A DNA stretch of 64,000 nt. Origin: Dehalococcoidia bacterium (GTDB taxonomy: Bacteria > Chloroflexota > Dehalococcoidia > Lucifugimonadales > JAGWBF01). Below the pieces are notes generated by a model, which was not told where the DNA came from, did not search any database, and saw only the letters and a program-made list of their open reading frames with translations. The stretch spans positions 688,114 through 752,113 of the forward strand of contig CBDFGE010000006.1 of the NCBI GenBank assembly GCA_965247055.1. Reading direction: 5' to 3'. This document shows, piece by piece, positions 49,089-59,600 of this stretch (position 1 is its first letter; every line of letters begins with the position of its first letter). Made by a program: the position numbers and the translations under genes.

Positions 49089-50129
49089 CTAGCTCGCCGT
49101 GATCCCGCCCTTACTTATTGCCCCCGCCTTGATCAAGGTGACCCAGTCTCTCGGACTGGAGACAGCCTTGAATATTGTGGCCGACTCGAAACCGCAGTGC
49201 ATCATACAGCCGGAGCAGCGAGGGTCCTTTCCCACGCCATACTTTTCCCAAAGGGACTCCTCGAAGAGCTCATCCACACTATCCACGTGTTCGTCGGCCA
49301 GGGGATAGCAAGGTTTCCTCCAGCCCATGACCGTGTAGGTAGGGTTGGACCATGCCGTGCACTGATACTCCCGTTTCCCCCTTAGGAAATCCAGGTAGAT
49401 GGGGTTGTTGTACAGCTTCATTCCCTTGGTCTTGCTCTTGTCCAGGATCTCGGTGAAGGCCTGATGTGACTCCTTGCGGGTGAGGAACATGTCGTGGTCT
49501 GGGGCGTGGGTGTAGTCGAAGCCCGGCGAGACCATACATCCCTCCACCCCCATCTCCGTCATGGTGCGGAACAGGCCGTGGATGTCGTCCACGTCGCAGC
49601 CGCGAAAGATGGTGGTGTTGGTGCAGACCCGGTACCCCTGATCCAGCGCCATCTGGATGGACGTCATGGCCTTCTGGAAGACACCTTTTCTGGCCACCGC
49701 CTCGTCGTGCTTTTCCTCCATGCCATCCATGTGGACCACCCAGGAGAGGTATTTGGAAGGGGGTACCTTCTTCATAACCCGCTCCAGCAGGATTCCGTTG
49801 GTACAGCAGTAGACGAAGTACTTACGCCGGACCAGCTCATTTATTATATGGTCTATCTTGGGGTGTATCGTGGGCTCCCCTCCGGCGATGGAGACGATCG
49901 GAGCACTGGACCGCTCCACCGCCGAGACAGCCTCCTCGACGGGCATCATCTTGTCCATCACCGCTTTGTACTCGTGGATGCGGCCACAGCCCACACAGGC
50001 CAGGTTGCACATCTCCAGGGGTTCCAGCATGGTCACCAGCGGGAACCGTTTCCTGCCTCTGAGACGCTTCTTCAACATGTAAAATGCCAGCCTGATGGAA
50101 AGCTCCATAGGCCTCTTGGCTCTCTTCAT
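49089..50129 (-). CDS. hpnH: adenosyl-hopene transferase (radical SAM)
   Basis: FPLVTMLEPLEMCNLACVGCGRI CxxxCxxC cluster plus the conserved C-terminal region (…RKPCYPL…CSGCMMHCGFE). Confidence 0.9.
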   Translation of the reverse strand: MKRAKRPMELSIRLAFYMLKKRLRGRKRFPLVTMLEPLEMCNLACVGCGRIHEYKAVMDKMMPVEEAVSAVERSSAPIVSIAGGEPTIHPKIDHIINELVRRKYFVYCCTNGILLERVMKKVPPSKYLSWVVHMDGMEEKHDEAVARKGVFQKAMTSIQMALDQGYRVCTNTTIFRGCDVDDIHGLFRTMTEMGVEGCMVSPGFDYTHAPDHDMFLTRKESHQAFTEILDKSKTKGMKLYNNPIYLDFLRGKREYQCTAWSNPTYTVMGWRKPCYPLADEHVDSVDELFEESLWEKYGVGKDPRCSGCMMHCGFESATIFKAVSSPRDWVTLIKAGAISKGGITAS

Positions 50130-50199
50130 ACGTTCCTTCGTTCCTTTCCCTGCGGCTCGTAATGTGAATATGGCCGCTCATTTCCGCTTCCCATGCGCC

Positions 50200-51306
50200 T
50201 CAGCGCTGCCGTGTGGTAAGGAACTCGACCAGCTCCTCTATCTCCCGGCGTGCCCAAGCAGCCAGGGGCACGCCTCCTAGCTGTGCCAGGGCCATCTCCC
50301 CCTTCTCTCGGGTCACGGCGTGGGCATACTCAGCCACGTTGAGCTCCTCCAGCACCTCCAAAACCCTCTCGACGTCCTGATCCTCCGGCTCGTCCTTGCT
50401 ATACGCCTCCACCAGCGCACGGCGGGCCGAACCCTTTGCCGACTCAAGGGCATAGACCACGGGAAAGGACTTCTTCCTCCTCCGTATGTCGTTGCCAACG
50501 GCCTTCCCAGTCGTAGCCTCATCTCCCCAGATTCCCAGCACGTCGTCTCGTATCTGGAAGGCCAGGCCCAACAACCCGCCAGCATGAGCGAACGCCTTTA
50601 TGTCATCCTCCCGGTCGGAGGCGACCAGGGCTCCCAGCTCCATACCGCACCGGAGCAGGGCGCCCGTCTTATAAGAGACCATCCCGAGATAGTCCTGGAG
50701 AGTTATGTCCAGAGTCCTTTCAAAGGCCAGGTCCATGCACTGTCCAGCGGTCATCTCAAGGTAGCCCTCCGTGATCAGGCACGACGCCCTGAGCACCTTT
50801 TCTTGGGACACCCCCCGGCGCCCGAGATCCAGGGCGGATACGTCGGCAAGGCACCGCATCGCGTTCCCGGCGACGAGGGCCTGAGGCGGTCCCCACAGGG
50901 CCCAAACGGTGGGCTGATGGCGGCGTTCCAGGTCCTGGTCCTGGATATCGTCGTGAATCAGGGAGAAGTTATGGATGAACTCCAGGGCTGCTGCAGCCGG
51001 CAGCGCCGTGGTCCACTGCTCACTCAGGGCGTCGCAGGCGAACAGGCACAGGGTGGGACGGAGCGCTTTACCCTGGGAAACCGGGGCCGCCCGGATGCCT
51101 CCAGACTCATCCGCCCAACCCATGTGATACTGGAGCATATGATAAAGGCCGGCCGGGAGATCGCCCCACCCAAGCCCCCTCTCGGGCCCAGGTATGGCCG
51201 CCCGCAACTCCCCTTCTATGCCCTCCCTGTACCGGGCGAACATGGCGGGAAGCGCTGGCCCCGAAGGGTATCTCGAGCCGATACGAATCGTATTGGCGCT
51301 GCCCAT
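50200..51306 (-). CDS. polyprenyl diphosphate synthase family protein
   Basis: FSLIHDDIQD (DDxxD) and FQIRDDVLG second Asp-rich motif. Confidence 0.85.
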   Translation of the reverse strand: MGSANTIRIGSRYPSGPALPAMFARYREGIEGELRAAIPGPERGLGWGDLPAGLYHMLQYHMGWADESGGIRAAPVSQGKALRPTLCLFACDALSEQWTTALPAAAALEFIHNFSLIHDDIQDQDLERRHQPTVWALWGPPQALVAGNAMRCLADVSALDLGRRGVSQEKVLRASCLITEGYLEMTAGQCMDLAFERTLDITLQDYLGMVSYKTGALLRCGMELGALVASDREDDIKAFAHAGGLLGLAFQIRDDVLGIWGDEATTGKAVGNDIRRRKKSFPVVYALESAKGSARRALVEAYSKDEPEDQDVERVLEVLEELNVAEYAHAVTREKGEMALAQLGGVPLAAWARREIEELVEFLTTRQR

Positions 51307-51551
51307 CCTTGCTATCGCCCAGAAAGGCTAACGGTCATACATCGCATCACGATGCTTGCAATCCTAGCAAAAGGGTGTGCCCCTGTCAAGACTGTCGGTG
51401 CCCAGAATGTCAACGACACACGCTCCGTCCAGAATCTGGGGGGGCGCCGAGATGCACATCTCACGGCCTGATGGGCACCGATCTATACCTCTTTCCAGAA
51501 GATTGCCCATTCCTCATGATGCTTACCCTGCCGAATGTTCACCCAACACCC

Positions 51552-51581
51552 TTGACTTAGTCCTACTCACGATGATATAGT
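51552..51581 (+). promoter_or_regulatory. candidate sigma-70 promoter (TTGACT, 18 nt spacer, TGaTATAGT extended -10)
   Basis: TTGACT at 51552-51557 and TATAGT at 51576-51581 preceded by TGA, about 30-70 nt upstream of the possible starts of the 610-aa ORF. Confidence 0.35.
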
Positions 51582-51612
51582 GGCTTGAACTTTCAGAGGC
51601 GCATATCGTCAG

Positions 51613-53445
51613 ATGGAAGTCTCTCGTAAAAGTGAAAGGAGAGGCGGAATGAGCAGGATCCTTCTCAACAGGATCCTTCTCAAGAGGTACGCACCGTTCT
51701 ACCTTGCGTTACTGGTAACGGGAGTCGTGATGGCGCTTCTGTTCCTGCGCCCGGACTCGGCTCTAGGCTTGACCGTAGAAGTTAGCGCAGTGAAGAAGTT
51801 CCCCGACTTCCCTGCTCCGGCGGGGTTCAAGCTCGGCGATCCGGTGATTATCAACGCCGACGTGGGGCTGCAGGGCGACTTCGAGCCGATCAAGAAGGTG
51901 ACACTGACAGTGGCGCAGGACACCGGGGACGCCGGGTTCACAGGGTTCACGGTGAACCTCCCCTTCCCGCAGGCTCCCAACTACGCTCCCATCGCCTCGG
52001 CGGACATTAGTGGGAGCTTGCCCGTAGTGGGCGGGCAGACACAGGGAAAGCTGTTTGTGGACGTAAGGCTGGTGGAGACTACGCCCGACCCCTTCGGCTA
52101 CGGCTACGGTTACCGGGGTAAGCTGGGAGACGGGTTTATCAAGTACACCATTACCTACGTACCGCCCAAAATCCGGGGGACATATACGGCCACTTTCCGG
52201 CTGTTATTCGTACAGGACTCCCAGGAGACGCTGCTCCACGACCCCGTATCCACCAAGTTCTCCATCCTCGGTCCCTTCGTGGCAGGAGACCTCGTGGCCT
52301 TACCCACGATATATCCTCGCAGCGCCGAGGGGGCCCTCTCCAGGGACATGGTGGTACTGAGGGCCATGGTACCGGCAAGCAAGTTCGGTAGCGTAGTATC
52401 GATCACGGCGGACCCCGGCCTTCTGAACCCGAACAAGGACACCATGGCGTCGGTCAGCAGCTTCCATCCGGCGCTGCTCGAGAAGTGGGATATCGATACC
52501 CGGGCAGACTGGCAGCTGGCGCTCCCGTTCAAGGTCATCCCCCAGCAGGACCCCCTGACCGGTACCTTCTTCGTTTCCCTCAGGGCCATCGACACGGCCG
52601 GACAGGTGCTCGAGTTGGGCGGCGGCGCGGGCGCCCCGGTCAAGGTCCTGGACAAGCGGCAGACCTTCAACGTGTACCTCATGCCCAATTTGAACTTCCT
52701 CTCCACGCCTTTGCAGTGCGCCACTGGGGACTGCGCCGCCAATTCTGAGCACAAGATAAGTAATCTCCTCGCTCAGGCCGCTACAAGAGGCGCGCCTGGG
52801 ATAGCTACCCTGGCGGACGCAGTGGAGATCATGTGGTACTACTGCCCCGACGGTGGCGCCTGCCCCTCCGGCGGGGCGACCCCCAAGTTCGTCTCCTACG
52901 CCCCGGGCCGGGCACAGCAGGAGTTTACGGCCGTCGGTACGGGCAAGGGCTACATCGTCAAGGCCAAAGACAGTGCGTTCAAGACGCTCACCTTCCCGGG
53001 AGGGACCCAGTTCCCTGTAGACCTTGAGGTGCCGGTGCCCATCAAACTGACCTTCAGCGGTGCTGCTGTGGCACTGCCTCCTCCCTTTACCCCGGCTGGC
53101 CAGGAGGTAAAGGAGATATGGAACCTGGTGGGGTTGCACTCCGAGCGTGACTCCACGGTCGGGAACCTGGTCAATAACGTCGACCTGGAAGCGGAGCGGC
53201 TGTGGATACAGTTGCTGGGCTTCGAGAACTCCCTCGATATCTTGCTGGATGCCAATGGTCTTATGGTGCGCGACCGGGCGACGGGTAAGCCGGTGGTGAC
53301 GCTGGTGCAGAACGTGCTGCAAAATCTATCTTTCAACCGAAACCAGTCGATCTCGGCCGGCGATGGCTTCTGGCTCGAGATGTGCGCGGACGTAGGCAGA
53401 CCTCAGTGTAACGGAATCATCGGGCCGGTGCTGGAGCCGAGGTAG
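51613..53445 (+). CDS. hypothetical secreted/anchored protein (610 aa; alternative start at 51649)
   Basis: N-terminal basic stretch plus a hydrophobic helix (FYLALLVTGVVMALLFL). No family recognised. Lies directly upstream of the giant ORF on the same strand. Confidence 0.6.
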   Translation: MEVSRKSERRGGMSRILLNRILLKRYAPFYLALLVTGVVMALLFLRPDSALGLTVEVSAVKKFPDFPAPAGFKLGDPVIINADVGLQGDFEPIKKVTLTVAQDTGDAGFTGFTVNLPFPQAPNYAPIASADISGSLPVVGGQTQGKLFVDVRLVETTPDPFGYGYGYRGKLGDGFIKYTITYVPPKIRGTYTATFRLLFVQDSQETLLHDPVSTKFSILGPFVAGDLVALPTIYPRSAEGALSRDMVVLRAMVPASKFGSVVSITADPGLLNPNKDTMASVSSFHPALLEKWDIDTRADWQLALPFKVIPQQDPLTGTFFVSLRAIDTAGQVLELGGGAGAPVKVLDKRQTFNVYLMPNLNFLSTPLQCATGDCAANSEHKISNLLAQAATRGAPGIATLADAVEIMWYYCPDGGACPSGGATPKFVSYAPGRAQQEFTAVGTGKGYIVKAKDSAFKTLTFPGGTQFPVDLEVPVPIKLTFSGAAVALPPPFTPAGQEVKEIWNLVGLHSERDSTVGNLVNNVDLEAERLWIQLLGFENSLDILLDANGLMVRDRATGKPVVTLVQNVLQNLSFNRNQSISAGDGFWLEMCADVGRPQCNGIIGPVLEPR

Positions 53446-53674
53446 TTTATAGGCCGGTGATGGAGGTGGCAGGTCCGAGGGAGTGTCCATTACATGAGGA
53501 AGGGACATAAGGACGAGCATCTGACTTCAAAGAAGTCGTTAAGAAGAGTTGTACTAACTAAAGGAGAAAGGCCCTCCTTGGGCGACTTAGGTGGTAGAAC
53601 CGGGAGCCAGAGGGGGCTTCGGTTTGTAAGTTATTGAAAGCGGATCGGGTAGTCGAGCACCCTGAGGTCGGTGA

Positions 53675-56600
53675 GCCTTCCGGCGCATAAAGGCAGTAAC
53701 TATAATAGGGGGAGGAGTTGCTCTCAGCTCTCTCCTCCTCGCCATCCTGATCCAGGCTGTCCTGGCAGCCGGCGCACCCCCACCGCTACCCCATGAATTT
53801 GCGGGTAACGTGTCGGTTGGGAACGCACCCGCTGGGGACGGCCTTGAGATCAGGGTAAAGGCCTTTGATGTCCTCCTGCAGCAACTGGTGCCTCTGGAGC
53901 TTACCCCCGCCTCGGTGGACGCCCAGGGCCGCCATCTCACCCAGAACGGCACTTACGGAGACGTGCAGGTCTTCCAGGTGCCGCAGGACGACCCGGATAC
54001 CCCCGCCATCCGTGAAGGCGCGAAACCCCTGGAGCGCCTATCATTTTTCATAGTCCCCGACCCGAGCACCGGCATAGAGATCGAAGCCCAGATGATCCCG
54101 CGAGGCCAGTCGGCCATCCCTCCATCGGAGGGCATTCCCTTTGAACCGGGGTTCACCCTTCTCGACCTGTCCGTTTTCGATCTCACCCCTCCGGTGCCCC
54201 CGGTGCTGGTGGCACCCGTCGATGGAGCGGTGCTGGCCGGCCTGACAGTAGACTTCGAGTGGCAGGTGTCCGTCAGTCCAGACGTCGCCAGTTACCGGCT
54301 CCAGGTCGCCAGCGGCGACGACGTGGACTTCTCCACGCCCATCGTGAACAAGGTGATCCCCGACCCGTCGGCCACCGGCGATCGCATCACGTTCACCTCT
54401 GCCGGGCAGTTCAGGTGGCGGGTGGGCGCCACCGATGTGGTCGGCAACGAGACCGTTCTGGCGGACCTGGTGGTCCGGACCTTCACCGTCGTGCCCGTCG
54501 TCCAGGTCACCCCTCCCGGCCTTGTCGCGCCACCGAGGTTCACCAACGCCGCGACTCCCCTTTTCCAGTGGACGGCCTCCCAGGGCACAGGGATAACCTA
54601 CAGACTTCAGGTGGTGAGAGCCGGCGACCAGTTCGCCGAGCCCTTCATTATTAATATCGGTGACATACCCCAGACCAGCTTCACGTCCCCCGTGACCTTG
54701 GCCGACGATACCTATAGCTGGCGGGTTATCGCCTCCGACTCCTTTAATAACTCCGCAACTTCACAGACCGGGACATTCTCCGTCGATACGTTACCTCCCA
54801 CGATCCCCGGCACCCTCCGTGAGGTGACCCCGGATGAGGACGCGTCGGCACGCACCTTCAGTTGGGACCGCTCCCAGGACGACACCCCACCTCTTCCCGG
54901 TACCGCCGCCGACGCGTCGGGCGTCGATTTCTACAGACTGGACATAGCGGGCCCGGAGAACCTGGTCCTCACCGCAGACGACAGCGATGTCCTCTGCCCC
55001 GCCGGAGTGTGTACCATCACCACCCCCGACTTGATAACGGGGAGCTATGCCATCGAGGTGAACGCGGTAGACCGGGCGACCAATGAAAGCGCCTTCACCG
55101 ATCCCCTGACATTCCGGGCAGGGCCGCGGACCGCGCCCCAGGACCTTCAGCAGCTCCAGCCCCTGTTCATAAACGAGCCCGTCTTCCTGTGGAGACGGCC
55201 CTTCCTGCTGCCGGCTCCACAGCTCACCACCGGGGGCATAGTCGACTATGAGGTGGCCATCACCGGAGACCCGGTGCTGGCGCCGGGCTTCATCATTCCC
55301 TTTACGTCCTTCCAGAACACGGACTTGTTCATCGTCAGGTGCTTCGACTCGAACGACGTGCCCATTGGCACGGCTGGCCAGTGCGCCGGGTTGGCGGGCA
55401 CCGGCGACAAGATCCAGCTGACTCTACTGGGTCCTGTGCCCGATGGGACCCATCTCATAGCGGTCAGGGCGGTGGACCAGGGTGGTCTCCGAACGCCGGC
55501 ATCGTTCATCCAATTTATAGTAAAGAAGATCCTGGACCTCAGCCTGCTGCCAGACGCCGACAAAGAGTTCGTTGGTCCGGGTACCATATTTAACGTGACC
55601 ATAAAGGTGGACCCCACAGAGGGCGGCCAGGCCACCGGCCAGCCGGTCTCCGCGGTGGACGCCTTCCTGGACTTCGCCCCCAGCGACTTCGAGGTCCTCA
55701 GCATAGCGTCGGGGACCCGGCTTGAGGAGGTGCTCACGGGGGACTTCGATAACACCAGGGGTACGGTCGACTACAGTGCCGCCACCCTGGGGGTCCCCGC
55801 CAACGTGCCCTTCGTCCTCGCTGTGGTGCGATTCAGGGCGAAGGAGCCCCAGGTCCTCGAGAGGCCCGGTGACATATCCTTTAGCCAGGCCCACCCCAGG
55901 AGGAGCGAGGCCGGCTACAAGGGCGCCCCGCTTTTGGACAGGGCCCTCGACACTGTCGTCACCATCCTGAAGCCGACCGTCGACATCGTGCTCCAGAACC
56001 AGGAGTTCAGCAGCCAGGAGTTCCAGGGCTTCGCCAGAAATCAGACCTTCGATGTGACCGTACGCGCAAGGACTCAGGGCCAGAAGGTCTCGGCAGTGGA
56101 CGCGCTGCTGAACTTCGATCCAGAGGCCCTGCAGGTCGTAGGACCCATCCTTCCCGGAGACGGCAGGCTAGAGCAGGTAATCGTAAGCAGGGTGGATGCG
56201 GCAAGAGGCACAATAGAGTTCAGCGCCGTGACCCAGGGGACCCCGGTAACTCAGGACTTCGACGTGGCCGTGGTGAAGTTCCAGGCGCTGCAAGCGACCA
56301 GGGCCCTGAGCGTGGGCTTCCGCAAGGACCACCCCACAGACTCCGACGCGGCGTACCAGGGGGTCTCGGTCTTGCGGGACCTTGTCGGGTTCCCAGTAGA
56401 GCTGGCCCTGGAGCTGAAGCTCACCTCCTTCGATCTTCCCAACCTTGATGCGGAAGTGGTCATCAGGGCGCGTCCCAACGGCAGCAGGGTGTCGGCGGTG
56501 GACGCCTTCCTGGACGTGGACCCGACGGACATCGGGCTTGAGAGTATCGCTCACGGTAGGAGACTGGAACAGGTACTGACCGGGGACCTCGACAGGGCCG

Positions 56601-59600
56601 CAGGCCACGTAGGCATTGGAGCCGCCACCTTCAATCCCACCGTGGGTGAGTTTGATCTCGCCACCGTCAAAGCGGTAATAACCGCCGCGAGCCTGGACGC
56701 CCTGGCACCGATGCAAGTACTGTTCCACTGCTACGATGCTACTGGGAATCCCATCCCCGGGTGCGCCCTGTTCCCCAGGAGCACCGAGGTAGCCCTCAAC
56801 GGCGAGTCTGTGCTGGACGTGCTGACTCCCCTGGCTACCCTTAGGCTACAACCACCGGGCGCCGTTGAGAACCTGATCCAGCGGAGCCCCGATAACCAGG
56901 CCAGGCCCACCTTCGACTGGGACCCACCTCGCGTGCGGCCCGCTGCCGGAATCAGGACCTTCAACATCGCCATCACCGGCAGTGGCGACGACCCGGGCCC
57001 AACAGTTGTGGCCGGTGACTTCGCCGAGGTCGGCACTGTCCAGTGCTTCGACGCGAACGAGCTGGAGTTGCCATCCTGCTTTGATGCGTCGGGCAGTCTC
57101 GACATAGACAACGTTGCCTTCTTCCGGATGGCGTTGAAGACTGCGCTGGGCGACGGAAGGTATACTATCTCCGTTTCGCCTGTCGACAACCTGGGCCAGC
57201 AGGGAGAGTTGAAGGGGTCCAAGCTTTTCTCCATCGACACCCAGCCACCCACGGTACCGGTGACCACGGGCCCGTTGGGGGCGGACTTGGCCTTCACCAG
57301 GGACACCACCCCGCTCCTGGAGTGGGACCCATCCACGGATAACCTGACCCAGACCAATCAGATAGAGTACGACGTACACTTGGCCCTCACCAAGGCCGCC
57401 CTAGACAGTGAAGCCGACCGCCGGGAGACAACCACCGGAGACCTGTTCTGGGAGGTGGTGGAGTACGAGCTGGAGCTGAACAAGGTCTACTGGTGGCGCG
57501 TAAGGGGCCTGGACAAGGCTGGCCGGATAACGGCCGCCCTCCTGGTGGCGACCGCGGACCAGAGGTCCACCCTGGCGGTGGAAAGGGTACCGGGACGGGG
57601 CAACGCCAGCGAGTTCTCCGAGCCCATCAGGTTCATTATAGATACCCTGAGTCCCACGCCCCCACAAGAGCTGAGCAGCACGTCCATCGGTGGGGCAATA
57701 ACCCCCGACCGGACCCCCACCTTCCAGTGGAAGCGCTCCACCGATCCCGGGTTCGTGGCCCCGGGGGACGAGCGGAACCGGGGCTCCGGAGTGGACCGGT
57801 ACACGGTGGAAATCCGGAGGACGGGAGATGGTACTCCTGCGGTGGTCGTCGGCGTGGTACTGGACGGCACCTGCAGCGCCGTGACGAACCTCTGCACCTT
57901 TGATGTGTCGGGAGCCGGTGTCCTCCTCGAAGACGACCAGTACACCGTTCTTGTACAGGCCATAGACAACGTGGGCAACAGCGGCGTCGCCGCCGTACTC
58001 GCTCTCACAGTCGACTCCCTGGGACCCCTCCCGCCAATCGTGTCTCTGGTTAGCATTGGCACCGGGGAGAATCCGGAGGCCGTATTCAGGTGGACCCGCT
58101 CGCAGGACCAGATTCCGGGGGGCCCTGGAAGGGCGGGTGACGAGTCGGGCGTGGACTTCTACAACGTGGTTGTAAAGCAGGTCCCCGCTGGAACCGCAGT
58201 CGCCGAGGCAACGGTGTTCGATGCTCAGTGCGGTATCTTCTGTGGGTTCACCACGCCCACCCTAACTGACGGCGACTACACCGTGGAGGTCAACGCTGTT
58301 GACCGCGCGACCAATTCCGGCGACTTCACCGATCCCTTGGGATTCTTCGCCGGCAGGGGGGACGTACCACGCAACCTGGTGCAGCTACCGCCTCTGTTCA
58401 ACGACAGGCCGACTTTCAGTTGGAGGATCCCCAAGGATCCGCCAGTGGCCGGAGTGGGCTCATACCAGGTAGCCACCGGTGAGGCTGGCACCCCACCCTT
58501 TGCCGACGCGGAGTTTCGAGATTTCAAGGAGCTGGGCGCGGTCGCCTGCGCAGATGCCACGGGCGACGCCGTCGACTGCACAACCCGGATAAACAATGCC
58601 GATACGATCCAGCTGACCTTTGCGGATGCCCATCCCGACGGCAGGCGGGCGATACAGGTACGGTTCGTGACCATAGTCGGCCAGCCCGGAGACAGCGCGA
58701 CCCTGGAGTACGACGTGGACACCACGGCGCCCGGTCCACCCACCGGCCTGCTGGTGAGGCCATCGGGGACCCTCACCGACGGGACCATTGTGGTGACGAC
58801 CGACAGGACGCCGGAGCTGGCCTGGACCTCCCCCGACACCGGCGACGAGGTCTCTGGGTTGGACCATTACACTGTTACCATCTCGGGAGACAGGGAGGGC
58901 TACGACCAGACCTTCGAGGTGGGGGCGGACCAGACCGTGTTCACCGTTCCCAACACCGTTGAGACCGTGCTGGACCCCGACGACCAGTACACGGCCCAGG
59001 TCAGGGCAGTGGACGTGGCGGGCAACACCAGCACCGCCGACAGGCTAGACTTCGTCGTGGACCTGGACCCGCCGACACAACCCACGGACCTGGCTAAGGA
59101 CCCTGCCAGTCTGGACGACGACCGCACACCCACCTTCAACTGGCAGACATCCCAGGACCTGGGCCTGGGCGTGGATCTCTACAGGCTGCACATCGAGTCT
59201 GTGAGCCTGATCGACGTCATCCCTCCGCCGGCACCGGTACCGGTGACGCCGCGGGTCATCGCCGCCGCCGGCAAAGGTTTCGTCAAGAGCGGCGACGCCG
59301 TCCGGTTCCGCTGGAGCCGGGTCACGGACAAAACCAGTGTGTTCTACAGACTGGAGGTAGCCACGGGGGCCCAGCCCGCCACCGGGTCCTTCACGTCAAA
59401 CCTGATCTTCGCGGCGGACGTCCCCCATGCGCCGGTGGCCTACCTGGATGACCGGGTGATCCAGTTCGTATTCGCCGGCTCCCTACCCACCGGGGTCGAT
59501 ATCAACTGGCACGTCCGGGCCATCGACGACGGCCGCAACGCTGGTCCCTTCTCCGCGGTGAACGTCTTCCAGGTGGTCAGCGATGCCAACGGGCCTCCAG

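Noticed and set aside
51655-51684. 15-nt tandem duplication aggatccttctcaac/aggatccttctcaag
   Set aside because: It is real but tiny, adding only RILLN/RILLK to the N-terminal region of the 610-aa ORF. It is noted under that finding and not treated as a separate feature.
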